NCBI GenBank assembly: GCA_944393715.1
Contig: CALYBB010000001.1
Span: forward strand, 9,609 to 73,608
Origin: an uncultured Alphaproteobacteria bacterium
GTDB lineage: Bacteria > Pseudomonadota > Alphaproteobacteria > RF32 > CAG-239
Direction of reading: 5' to 3'
Length of the DNA: 64,000 bases
The stretch's first letter is position 1. The number at the start of each line of letters is the position of its first letter. Below are positions 21,406 through 35,200 of the stretch, piece by piece. The notes under the pieces are model-generated. The model was not told where the DNA came from. It saw only the letters and a list, made by a program, of their open reading frames with translations, and did no database searches. The translations under genes were made by a program, and so were the position numbers.

Positions 21406-21443
21406 AAAACAAAAATTAAATTAATTATACAAAAGACGAAACA

Positions 21444-21471
21444 CATTATAATTTTACTTTTGTAAAAATCA
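21444..21471 (-). promoter_or_regulatory. Candidate sigma70 promoter for the 119-aa ORF
   Basis: Minus strand TTGATT (21471-21466), 16-nt spacer, TATAAT (21449-21444). A second TGTATAAT lies closer to the ATG. Confidence 0.45.
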
Positions 21472-21505
21472 ACAATAAAACAACCAAACAAAACTTCTCC
21501 TGCGA

Positions 21506-21538
21506 CAAAAAAGCACCCGCAAAAATTTTGCGGGTGCT
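21506..21538 (-). terminator. Rho-independent terminator after rpoC
   Basis: 13-bp perfect stem AGCACCCGCAAAA/TTTTGCGGGTGCT. Followed on the minus strand by TTTTTTG, about 20 nt after the rpoC stop. Confidence 0.8.
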
Positions 21539-21557
21539 CTGAATCAAAACCGATTCT

Positions 21558-25748
<4,191 letters not shown>

Positions 25749-28700
25749 TTAAATTTCATCGTTCAAGAGTTCAACATTCAAGCACAGCGATTTAATTTCC
25801 TTGGTCAATACGTTAAATGACTCCGGAATGCCTGCTTCAAACGAATCTTCGCCTCTGACGATGGCTTCATAAACCTTGGTGCGGCCGTTAACATCATCAG
25901 ACTTAACGGTGAGCATCTCCTGCAACGTATAGGCTGCGCCATACGCCTGCAAAGCCCAAACTTCCATCTCACCGAAACGTTGTCCGCCGAATTGAGCCTT
26001 ACCGCCGAGCGGCTGCTGAGTAACCAAAGAATAAGGACCAACGGAGCGGGCGTGCATCTTTTCGTCAACAATATGATGCAGTTTGATCATATAAATAATG
26101 CCGACTGTAACCTTGCGATCAAACTTCTCGCCGGTGCGGCCGTCATACAAATCAATCTGCCCCGATGTCGGCAAGCCGGCCATCGTCAGCATATTGTTAA
26201 TATCGTCGCCGGTAGCGCCGTCAAAAACCGGCGTTGCCATCGGAATACCGTTCTTCAGGTTTGGAATCATCTGATCCAACTCTTCCGTCGTCATCTTCTC
26301 AATCTCGCGTTTATACTGCTTCTCGCCATAAATTTCTTTCAATTTGGCGCGCAGATCTTTTTCTTTCTTCTGACCGGCCTTAACCTGTTCCCACAGCTCA
26401 TTAACCTGCTGACCGAGCTTTTGCGCCGCCCAACCGAGGTGGGTTTCCAAGATTTGCCCGACATTCATACGAGAAGGAACACCCAGCGGATTCAGCACGA
26501 TATCAACCGGCGTGCCGTCTTCCATATAAGGCATATCCTGCAACGGCAAAACGCGCGAAATCGTACCCTTGTTTCCGTGGCGTCCGGCAATTTTATCACC
26601 GGATTGAATTTTGCGCTTGGTGGCAATAAAGACTTTAACCATCTTCAAAACCCCCGGCAACAAATCATCGCCACGCTGAACTTTTTCAACCTTATCATCA
26701 AAATGCTGCTGCACTTTTTTGACTCTGGCATCAAATGCACTCAACAATTCTTCAACATTGGCCATAACGCTTTCGTCTTTAACCACGATCTTGCGCCACT
26801 GCGATGACGGCATACCATCCAAATCTTTTTCGCTTATGGTCGCATTTTTGGCAATTGAACCTTTTGGTGCATCAACAACCTTCTGCCCGACAAGCATCGA
26901 TTTCAGACGAGCCTCAACATTGCGGCGGATAATGGCGATTTCGTCGTCACGATCTTTGGCCAGCTGCGAAATCTCCTGCTGCTCAATCGACAGCGCACGC
27001 TCGTCTTTTTCAACACCGCGGCGCGAAAAGACGTGAACGTCAACCACAATACCTTCAATCCCCGGCTGAACTCTGAGTGAGGTATCACGGACATCGGATG
27101 CTTTTTCGCCAAAAATAGCGCGCAAAAGTTTTTCTTCTGGCGTTACCGGCGATTCGCCTTTCGGCGTTACCTTACCGACCAAAATATCGCCGGCCTTAAC
27201 CTCTGCGCCGATATAAACAATACCGGCCTCGTCCAAATTGCGCAACGCGTCTTCGCCGACATTCGGAATATCGCGGGTAATTTCTTCCTGCCCCAATTTG
27301 GTGTCACGAGCCATGACCTCAAATTCTTCAATATGCAGCGAAGTAAACACATCATCGCGTGAAATTCTTTCCGACAGCAAAATCGCGTCTTCGTAGTTCA
27401 AACCGTTCCACGGCATAAAGGCAACCAAAACATTTTTACCCAAAGCCAGCTCGCCCATATCGGTACATTGTCCGTCAGCCATGATATCGCCGGCTTTAAC
27501 TTCATCACCGACTTTTACCAACGGAATTTGGTTAATGCAAGTATTCTGATTGGAACGGCGGAATTTTTGCAGACGATAAATCTCAACACCGGCATTAGCG
27601 GCATGCTCATCTTTGGAGCGAACCACAATACGGTTGGCATCAACCGCGTCGACAATACCGTCGGCCTTACAAACAACCGTTGCACCGGAATCTTTAGCCA
27701 CCACGGCCTCAACACCGGTACCGACCAACGGCGCTTCCGAACGCAGCAACGGCACGCCTTGCCGCTGCATGTTTGACCCCATCAAAGCACGGTTAGCGTC
27801 ATCATTTTCCAAGAACGGAATCAAAGCTGTTGCCACCGAAACCAGCTGCTTCGGCGAAACATCGATAAAGTTGATTTCTTCCGGTCTGGCATATTCAAAC
27901 TCACCAGCCTTGCGGCAGGCAACCAGTTCGTTTTCGAAATGCCCATCGTCTTTAACTTTAGCGTTAGCCTCGGCAATCTTAAATTTGCCTTCCTCATTAG
28001 CTGACAAATAAACAACTTCGTTGGTAACCACCCCATTAACCACCTTGCGATACGGACATTCAATAAAGCCGTACTTATTAATACGCGCATAAGTCGCCAA
28101 TGAGTTAATCAAACCGATGTTCGGTCCTTCCGGTGTTTCAATCGGGCAGATACGTCCGTAGTGGGTCGGATGCACGTCGCGCACCTCAAAGCCGGCGCGG
28201 TCGCGTGATAAACCGCCGGGTCCCAAAGCCGACAAACGACGCTTGTGGGTAATCTCAGACAATGGGTTGTTCTGATCCATAAACTGCGACAACTGTGATG
28301 AACCGAAAAATTCGCGGATGACCGAAGCAATCGGCTTGGCGTTGACCAAATCCTGCGGTTTGACGTTGTTCAAATTCTCGGATGACATTCTCTCACGAAT
28401 AGCTCTTTCCATACGAAGCAAGCCCATACGATACTGGTTTTCCATCAGCTCGCCGACCGAACGGACACGACGATTGCCCAAGTGGTCAATATCGTCAACT
28501 TCACCCTTGCCATCACGCAGTTCAACCATCCGCTTAACAATGCGCAAAATATCGTCTTTGCGCAATGTTCCGTACGTATCCGGCGCATCTTCAAACGGAA
28601 TATCCAAGGCAATATTCATTTTGACGCGGCCGACAGACGACAAATCATAACGGTCTTTATCAAAGAACAAAGCCTTGAACAAAGCATCGGCCGCTTCATA

Positions 28701-29924
28701 CGTCGGAGGATCACCCGGACGCATAACGCGGTAGATATCCAAAAGCGCCTCTTCACGGCAGGAGTTCTTGTCAACCGCCATGGTATTGCGGATATACGGC
28801 CCGACATTAACGCCGTCAATAAACAAGATTTTAATCTCATTAATCTTACTGGCTGCCAGTTTATCCAAAAGCTCTTCAGTAATCTCATCGCCAGCCTCTG
28901 CCAACACCTCACCGGTTTTGGCAATAACGATATTATTAGCCAAGAACTTACCGATAACCTTATCGCGAGCAATTTTGAAATAAGCCAAGCCATCATCCGC
29001 CAGCTTTTGAGCCGAACGCAGCGTCAGTTTCTTTCCGGCCTCCCAAACTGTCTTACCGGTTTCGGCATTGACCAAATCAAAGCTGAACTTAACACCCTTC
29101 ATGCGCGAAGGCTCAAACTTAACCTTCCAGTCTTTTTTAACAGCTTCAAAGGTATCAACATCATAGAAATAATGCAAAATCTCTTCCTTATCCATACCCT
29201 TGATTTCTGCTCTGTCAATATGCTTGCCCTCTTTTTTGAGCTTGGCAATTTTTTCTTCTGTCTCTTTGGAATACAACGAATACAAAACCGACGTAACCGG
29301 CAATTTGCGACGACGGTCGATTCGCGCATAGACCAAATCTTTGGCATCAAACTCAAAATCCAACCAAGATCCGCGATAAGGAATAATCCGCGCGGCAAAC
29401 AAATATTTACCGGAAGAAACGGTCTTGCCTTTATCATGATCAAAAAACACCCCAGGTGAACGATGCATCTGCGAAACGACAACACGCTCCGTTCCGTTGA
29501 AAATAAAAGTGCCTTTATCCGTCATCAGCGGGATATCGCCCATATAAACATCCTGCTCTTTAATATCATGAATGGATTTAGCGCCCGTCGCCTCATCAGT
29601 ATCCCACAATACCAAACGCAGCGTTGCCTTAACCGGCGCGGCATAGGTCATATCGCGCTTAATACACTCATCAACATCATATTTTGGCTGTTCCAATTCA
29701 TATTTAACAAATTCCAACTCACCATTGCCGGAAAAATCTTTAATCGGAAAAATTGATTTGAAAACTTCTTCCAGCGCAAACTCGCACTTCTCCGTGCCAT
29801 TGGCCTGAATAAAATTATTGTAAGATCCTGTCTGAACTTCAATCAAACTCGGCATATCGGCAACCGCGTCGATTCGGCCGAAGTTTCTTCTTACACGTCT
29901 TTTGCTCGTATAAGACTCTTTCAT
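25749..29924 (-). CDS. rpoB: DNA-directed RNA polymerase subunit beta
   Basis: 1391 aa; conserved blocks [17 protein letters not shown] and [13 protein letters not shown]. Confidence 0.99.
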   Translation of the reverse strand: MKESYTSKRRVRRNFGRIDAVADMPSLIEVQTGSYNNFIQANGTEKCEFALEEVFKSIFPIKDFSGNGELEFVKYELEQPKYDVDECIKRDMTYAAPVKATLRLVLWDTDEATGAKSIHDIKEQDVYMGDIPLMTDKGTFIFNGTERVVVSQMHRSPGVFFDHDKGKTVSSGKYLFAARIIPYRGSWLDFEFDAKDLVYARIDRRRKLPVTSVLYSLYSKETEEKIAKLKKEGKHIDRAEIKGMDKEEILHYFYDVDTFEAVKKDWKVKFEPSRMKGVKFSFDLVNAETGKTVWEAGKKLTLRSAQKLADDGLAYFKIARDKVIGKFLANNIVIAKTGEVLAEAGDEITEELLDKLAASKINEIKILFIDGVNVGPYIRNTMAVDKNSCREEALLDIYRVMRPGDPPTYEAADALFKALFFDKDRYDLSSVGRVKMNIALDIPFEDAPDTYGTLRKDDILRIVKRMVELRDGKGEVDDIDHLGNRRVRSVGELMENQYRMGLLRMERAIRERMSSENLNNVKPQDLVNAKPIASVIREFFGSSQLSQFMDQNNPLSEITHKRRLSALGPGGLSRDRAGFEVRDVHPTHYGRICPIETPEGPNIGLINSLATYARINKYGFIECPYRKVVNGVVTNEVVYLSANEEGKFKIAEANAKVKDDGHFENELVACRKAGEFEYARPEEINFIDVSPKQLVSVATALIPFLENDDANRALMGSNMQRQGVPLLRSEAPLVGTGVEAVVAKDSGATVVCKADGIVDAVDANRIVVRSKDEHAANAGVEIYRLQKFRRSNQNTCINQIPLVKVGDEVKAGDIMADGQCTDMGELALGKNVLVAFMPWNGLNYEDAILLSERISRDDVFTSLHIEEFEVMARDTKLGQEEITRDIPNVGEDALRNLDEAGIVYIGAEVKAGDILVGKVTPKGESPVTPEEKLLRAIFGEKASDVRDTSLRVQPGIEGIVVDVHVFSRRGVEKDERALSIEQQEISQLAKDRDDEIAIIRRNVEARLKSMLVGQKVVDAPKGSIAKNATISEKDLDGMPSSQWRKIVVKDESVMANVEELLSAFDARVKKVQQHFDDKVEKVQRGDDLLPGVLKMVKVFIATKRKIQSGDKIAGRHGNKGTISRVLPLQDMPYMEDGTPVDIVLNPLGVPSRMNVGQILETHLGWAAQKLGQQVNELWEQVKAGQKKEKDLRAKLKEIYGEKQYKREIEKMTTEELDQMIPNLKNGIPMATPVFDGATGDDINNMLTMAGLPTSGQIDLYDGRTGEKFDRKVTVGIIYMIKLHHIVDEKMHARSVGPYSLVTQQPLGGKAQFGGQRFGEMEVWALQAYGAAYTLQEMLTVKSDDVNGRTKVYEAIVRGEDSFEAGIPESFNVLTKEIKSLCLNVELLNDEI

Positions 29925-30013
29925 CTTTCTAAAATCCCTGTGGCTAAATTCTGCGACAATACCGACGGCACCATACCGTTCCCCGACCGCAGAAGGTTAA
30001 ACATTCCATATCC

Positions 30014-30063
30014 GAAAAAAACACCGCCAAACCATAAGAATATCAGAGCTCCCCTTGGCGGAC
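30014..30063 (-). terminator. Attenuator-like hairpin plus U-run in the rpoB leader
   Basis: Minus-strand CCGCCAA ... TTGGCGG (7-bp stem, 24-nt loop) followed by TGTTTTTTT. It lies between the candidate rpoB promoter and the rpoB ATG. The long loop makes it weak. Confidence 0.3.
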
Positions 30064-30073
30064 ACCTAAAATA

Positions 30074-30085
30074 ATTGCATGCAAT
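30074..30085. repeat. Perfect 12-nt palindrome ATTGCATGCAAT in the rpoB leader
   Basis: Read directly from the sequence. Adjacent to a small GC hairpin, CCGCGATTCGCGG (30088-30100). Confidence 0.6.
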
Positions 30086-30114
30086 CGCCGCGATTCGCGG
30101 TCAAAATTCGCTGG

Positions 30115-30144
30115 ATAATAGACTCTTTTTTTCGATTCTTGCAA
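30115..30144 (-). promoter_or_regulatory. Candidate sigma70 promoter for rpoBC
   Basis: Minus strand TTGCAA (30144-30139), 18-nt spacer, TATTAT (30120-30115), with an A/T-rich upstream flank. Located after the rplQ terminator. Confidence 0.45.
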
Positions 30145-30186
30145 GCATTTATTTCATTGAAAAGACTCTTTTTTTATTCTGCCGAC

Positions 30187-30220
30187 AAAAAAATACCGCC
30201 TGCCATTTCAGCAGACGGTA
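30187..30220 (-). terminator. Rho-independent terminator after rplQ
   Basis: 10-bp stem (30194-30203 / 30211-30220). It contains a pair that is G-U only in the minus-strand RNA. Followed by 7 T on the minus strand. Confidence 0.7.
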
Positions 30221-30241
30221 CCAAAGCTTTCTCAAAACAAA

Positions 30242-30805
30242 CTATTCAGCTTCTTTAGCCTCAGCCTTTTTGCTTTTTTTGGCCGCCGGCTTTTTAGCTT
30301 CACTCTTTTCGGCCTTTTTGACCTCAGCCTTTTTCTCGGCCTTTTTTTCTTCTTTGGCAGCCTCGGCGCTTGCTTCTTTTTCTGCCGCTTCCTGTGCAGC
30401 CTTTTCGGCAGCTACGCGGGCCAGATCTTTGGCGCCTTTGGCATTAACATCGCGATCAACCAGTTCGACGATTGCCATCTCGGCACAATCGCCGTAACGG
30501 AAACCGGCACGCAAAACGCGGGTATATCCGCCGTTACGGTTTTTATAGCGTTCGGCCAAAGTTGAAAACAGCTTGGCAACGACTTCTTCATCACGCAAAA
30601 AGGCCAATGCCTGACGGCGATTGTTCAACTGACCCTTTTTGCCCAGCGTAATCATGTTGTCGACAAAAGTTCTCAATTCTTTAGCGCGCGGCAACGTAAC
30701 TTTAATTTGCTCATGCGTCAAAACCGCTGCGGTCAGATTAGAATACAAAGCTCTGCGGGCATTAGTGTCCATATTAAGTTTTCTGTGTTTTACACCGTGT
30801 CTCAT
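30242..30805 (-). CDS. rplQ: 50S ribosomal protein L17 with ~69-aa Ala/Glu/Lys-rich C-terminal extension
   Basis: [24 protein letters not shown]...AIVELVDRD is an L17 core of about 118 aa. It is followed by the low-complexity tail [66 protein letters not shown]. Confidence 0.93.
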   Translation of the reverse strand: MRHGVKHRKLNMDTNARRALYSNLTAAVLTHEQIKVTLPRAKELRTFVDNMITLGKKGQLNNRRQALAFLRDEEVVAKLFSTLAERYKNRNGGYTRVLRAGFRYGDCAEMAIVELVDRDVNAKGAKDLARVAAEKAAQEAAEKEASAEAAKEEKKAEKKAEVKKAEKSEAKKPAAKKSKKAEAKEAE

Positions 30806-30897
30806 GGCATTTTCCTTTCTTTATAGAGTTGCTGGCCTGACGGGCAGACCGGATATTTTTCCTGCGGATACTACCTTCATAAATACCCGCACCTTGA

Positions 30898-30938
30898 CGG
30901 ACTCCGCCTTTCGCCGGACTCCGAAAGTTGACCGGACT
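30898..30938. repeat. Three direct copies of a CGGACT-core motif upstream of rplQ
   Basis: CGGACTCCG occurs at 30898-30906 and 30915-30923, and CGGACT at 30933-30938. Spacing is 17 and 18 nt. The repeats lie 93-133 nt upstream of the rplQ ATG. Confidence 0.55.
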
Positions 30939-30976
30939 ATACTCAATAAATTATTTTAAATCAAGCATTTTTTTAC

Positions 30977-31006
30977 AAAAAAACCGCCTCTTAACATCTG
31001 AGGCGG
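30977..31006 (-). terminator. Hairpin terminator in the galU-rplQ spacer
   Basis: Stem CCGCCTC/GAGGCGG (30984-90 / 31000-06), followed on the minus strand by TTTTTTTG. This is the second terminator downstream of galU. Confidence 0.6.
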
Positions 31007-31168
31007 CCATATTTTGTTGCTAACGGGTTTTTTGCATCATCGGTGAGGACAGAATATTCCCATGCTTATCACATGGCATTATCATAAAACATTTTAAATA
31101 CAATATCTATATTTCCAGCCGTTTTTCGGGTAAATCCGTTATCGGGTTCTTTATTAAAAAATCGGCGT

Positions 31169-31188
31169 ATTTAAACGACCGTTTAAAT
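31169..31188. repeat. 20-bp palindrome ATTTAAACG-AC-CGTTTAAAT
   Basis: 9-nt perfect arms read directly from the sequence. Function unknown. Confidence 0.6.
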
Positions 31189-31201
31189 GCCTCCACTTTT
31201 A

Positions 31202-31231
31202 CAACAAACCCCGCCAACAACATAGGCGGGG
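31202..31231 (-). terminator. Terminator after galU
   Basis: 7-bp GC stem CCCCGCC/GGCGGGG (31209-15 / 31225-31), followed on the minus strand by TTTGTTGT. Confidence 0.55.
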
Positions 31232-31239
31232 CTTACATT

Positions 31240-32127
31240 TCAGACCATCATGGTATTCAACAAATCACAGCAATAAGCACGCAAATCCGGATCTTCCATC
31301 AATGACAACTTCAGATTGGATTTTTCCAGCTCTTTATTGGTACCGCAATCAAACCGCATGGCATCACACAAAACGCCGGTCAGCTTCATACCGCGCTGTG
31401 CCGCCAATCCCATGGCATCGGCCAGATTAATCTCGCCGTTGGTGCCTTTTTTAACTTCCGGCAAAATATCCATAATCTCATTGGGCAGAATATAGGGGCC
31501 CATACTGGCATAATTGGAGGGAACATCTTCCAAAGCCGGTTTCTCGATTTTACCTTTGGCATGCACAACCCTGCCGTCTCTGACAGCTCCGCACAAAACA
31601 CCGTAGCGCACCAGCTGTTCCCGCGGCAGTTCCATAATATTTTCCACCATGCCGCCTTCCTGCTCATAAACATCCAAAAGCTGCGCCAGAATTCCTTTGC
31701 CGTGCAGATTGATATAAACGTCATCCGGCCACATAACCACAAAATCTCTGGTACCGACAATATCTTTGGCCATCAAGATGGCATGTCCGTTTCCTAAAGG
31801 CTGCGCCTGCTCGGCAAAAGAAAATTTCATACCTTCCGGAATAACCTTGAGCAGATCATCCAAAATATCAAGCTTGTTCTTCTCTCGCAAATGATTTTCC
31901 AACCACGGATACGGCGCAAAATGTTTTTCAAACAAATGCTTGCAGGATTGATCACTGTAAATAAACACAATTTCTTTAATGCCGATTTCCGCGCAGGCAT
32001 CAACCGCATATTGGATAATCGGTTTGCTGTGCAAAGTCAAAAAGCCTTTATGCAAAGCTTTGGTCGCCGGCAGGTTTCTGGTAGACAACCCGGCAACCGG
32101 CAAAATACAAACTTCAGGTTTTTTCAT
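31240..32127 (-). CDS. galU: UTP--glucose-1-phosphate uridylyltransferase
   Basis: 295 aa; N-terminal ILPVAGLSTRNLPATKALHKGFLTL matches the GalU nucleotide-binding motif. Confidence 0.88.
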   Translation of the reverse strand: MKKPEVCILPVAGLSTRNLPATKALHKGFLTLHSKPIIQYAVDACAEIGIKEIVFIYSDQSCKHLFEKHFAPYPWLENHLREKNKLDILDDLLKVIPEGMKFSFAEQAQPLGNGHAILMAKDIVGTRDFVVMWPDDVYINLHGKGILAQLLDVYEQEGGMVENIMELPREQLVRYGVLCGAVRDGRVVHAKGKIEKPALEDVPSNYASMGPYILPNEIMDILPEVKKGTNGEINLADAMGLAAQRGMKLTGVLCDAMRFDCGTNKELEKSNLKLSLMEDPDLRAYCCDLLNTMMV

Positions 32128-32216
32128 TTGATAAACATCCTTATGGCATAATACACTAATATAACAATTTTGCTATGCTCTACATATAGCACAAAAAAGC
32201 TTTTTCTCAAGCTATT

Positions 32217-35200
32217 TTACCGATTGTTCCGCCCTTTTTTTATCACATTTTCCTGTCGAGAGCTTTCTCCTCTGGGGCGAGAAACCTTTTCCCTTGAGAA
32301 ATCAAGGACTTTTACGCCTTCTTTGCTGATTTCTTCTTTTGCATTTTTAATTTCTTCAATATCTCTGGTAACAGTAAATGTCTGACCTGTTTTTTTAATG
32401 CTGATACTGCCGGTATTTTCCTCAAGCATGCGCTGGTTTTCTTCCTCCTCAAGCTTTTTCTGATAATCATCTTCGGCCTTTTTAACAACCCCAGAGACAT
32501 AACCGGTCAAAGCGCCAATATTTTCTGTCAGAAAAGCTCTGCCTTCTTCCAGCTGTTCAGCTATATTTTGAATCTCTTTGCTGTACTTTTCATTTTCCTC
32601 AATAGACTTATTTTCTTGATTAAGGCTATGTATTCGTTCCATTTGATCATTAAAGCTTTCCATATCGGCGATTTCCGTCTCAATCTTTTGCCTCAGTTGC
32701 AAAAACGCAGCATCGTCATCCAGCACATAATCCGTTATAATGGCCGCCAATCGTTCTTTATACTGGTCAATCTGCGTATTGTAATTAAACACGTCCTGTT
32801 TAATCTGGTTATGCAGCTCCACCGCTTTACCATAAATATCACTGTTCTTTTTTTTCAAATCAGCCAGATAAATGTCGTCTTTTCTTTTGCTTAATGTCTC
32901 AACTTCTTTCAGTGCTTGTTCATTAGCCTGTTTCAAGCGAGCGATCAAATCATTTTCGGAAAATTCTTTTGGTGCATTGTCCATCGTTTCCACCAAGCTG
33001 GCCAATACATTGGCAATTTTTTGCTTCAGCAAATTATATTGATTGACACTGTCTGAGGCAAAAGCTTCGGCCATTTTCAAATCAACATCCTTTTCCAACC
33101 TTTCACGAACGCTTGAAACCAAATCATCAGCCGTTTTGCGCTGTTCTCCAATCAACTCATCCCAATAATTTTTTTCGGCCGCGGCCTCCGCTGCAGCGGC
33201 AGCCTCTTTCTGCTCCTCCCTATTTTGGTACAGCTTAAACAACGAACTGGCATTAACATCTACCTGAGGATTATTCATGGCATTTTTAAGCGAAAATGAA
33301 AATTCCGGCAAATATTTCGGCTCTTTATAACGAATATTAAACACCGTATTCATATCCCAGTTAGCCAAATCACCTTCTCCGTAAACTTTAACCTCCGTAT
33401 TTGAATTCTGCATAACAGCATCAGCCAGACTAAAATGCCCTGCATCAACAATAACTCTGCCGGTTATTTTATCAAACAAGGTTGTTCCTCTGCCTATATT
33501 GGCTTTTACCTGTTCCAACAACCCTTCCGTATTCTCTCTCTTGAGCAGATCATTATAAATTGCCGTCAAATCAACGCCGTTAACCTCCGTCACATCAGCA
33601 TCAAACTCCCCTTTACCTTTCAAATTCTCCGCAAAACTTTGCTCGCTGTCTGCTTTTGACGAAAAATCAAAACGAGTTGAAAACCGGCCGCCGCGCAAAT
33701 TATAAACCCGACCGCCAAAAGCAAAATCACTGACCTTGGCGTTATCAATACCCACCGAAGCCGTAACAGTCGGCGCTTCACGCATATACAAAGAAGCGGA
33801 TGCCGTCAAAGGCGCATTGTTATAAACGCCTTTAAAATCGCGGATTGTTGCTGTACCATCAACCAAGTCAAAACCAAACTGTGCATCCTTAAACATATAT
33901 GTCTTATACGAAAGCTCGCCAATTTTAAAATCACCCTTAAAGTCAAAATAAATATACGGACTGTAGTCTATCGGCTCACGGCTCCAAAAAGGCTTGGACA
34001 AAAAAGTAACCTCTCCCTGCGGCTGTTCCGAAATAAGGCTTGCCGTTTTTCGTCTGGGCAAAAATTTCTCCAACTCCAGCTTATTAATATCGAAACTGCC
34101 GAAAACATTCGGTCGTTCATCAACATTTTCATACGTTCCCGAACCGCTGACAGTCGTATAACCAATATTGGCCTCTAATTCTGAAAAATTCATATTTGAC
34201 CGGCTGCCGTCAAGATTTGCCTTAAAATTCAGCAGCCCCAAATTCTTAACAGCGGGCTCATATTTTGTCTTCAAATTCTCCAGCAAGGCAACCACATCCG
34301 GATATTTAAACTCCAAATACCCCCTGTACCTTGTTTCTTCATCAGTGCGAAGAATATTTCCCTTGTAAGCTCCCGTCAACTGTCCGAGCGATACGCGCAT
34401 ATCGGTTTCAAAATTATTAATATCACCATTTATAACGCCACTCATATCAAAAGTATTAAATTTTTTATAATCCAATTCGGGAACCCTCAACTCCAACTTA
34501 TTAATCAATGACGCCGTATCCCTGCTCTTGATATCGTATTGAAAACCGTTCATCTGCGGCAAAGCCCCGAAACCGCCTATTTTTCCTTTAACATCAATCG
34601 CCGTATTGGCAACCTGTTCAACTTTAGCATATTCTATTTCCATTTCGCCGTTAAGAATATTTCCCTTAAAATCAACTCTCTCAAAAGGCATGCTTTCATA
34701 TATAACCATATCGGCCTTGGCATCCAAAACCATATCAAAATCATTCAAAAAGCCCAACCGGCCAAACCGATATGCCATCCGTTCACCCCAGCTTTTTGCC
34801 TTTTCTTCCTCTGGCAGCGAACTGATATAGTTATCAAAATTAATTGTATCAGCGTTAACAACCAGCATAAAATCTTTCCGATCCCCAAAAACGATGCCGG
34901 CTTCCCCTGACAAAGTACTTTTGTCAAGCGTTATTTTATAAGGCGAGATCTGTATCCTTTCAAAATTTCCGGCGATTTTGGCCGTCGCCAGCATTTTTTT
35001 ATAAACCGAAACGGCATTAGCTTTAGGTTCTATCCTGAGCCACTGGAGAGTCTTCAGCAAATCATTGGCCGAAATAGTCGTATCAGCTTGAAAATAAAGT
35101 TCACCTTCATCAGGATAAATGCTTCCCGCCAAAGATACAGCCGTATTCCCTGGCAATATAACCTTAAAATCATCAACCGTTACCGTCTCGTCAGCCAGTG

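Noticed and set aside
25980-29459. Long plus-strand ORFs antisense to rpoB (25980-26807, 275 aa; 28482-29459, 325 aa).
   Set aside because: Both are in codon register with rpoB (0 mod 3). This is the same artefact as in rpoC, with no independent coding evidence.
30075-30497. 140-aa plus-strand ORF (Ser/Ala/Phe/Leu-rich) overlapping the rplQ tail.
   Set aside because: It is the mirror image of the low-complexity K/A/E-coding repeats of rplQ. It spans the rplQ terminator and the rpoB promoter region, so it is not credible as a gene.
30830-30862. GGCCTGACGGGCAGACCGG, vaguely reminiscent of the SRP (4.5S) RNA GGUCAGGUCCGGAAGG core.
   Set aside because: The conserved GGAAGCAGCC half and the symmetric-loop context are missing on both strands. 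The resemblance is superficial.
31040-31100. 19-codon mini-ORF (MPCDKHGNILSSPMMQKTR) on the minus strand in the galU-rplQ spacer.
   Set aside because: It is too short and has no RBS, so it cannot be called as a CDS. It is mentioned only within the candidate sRNA finding.
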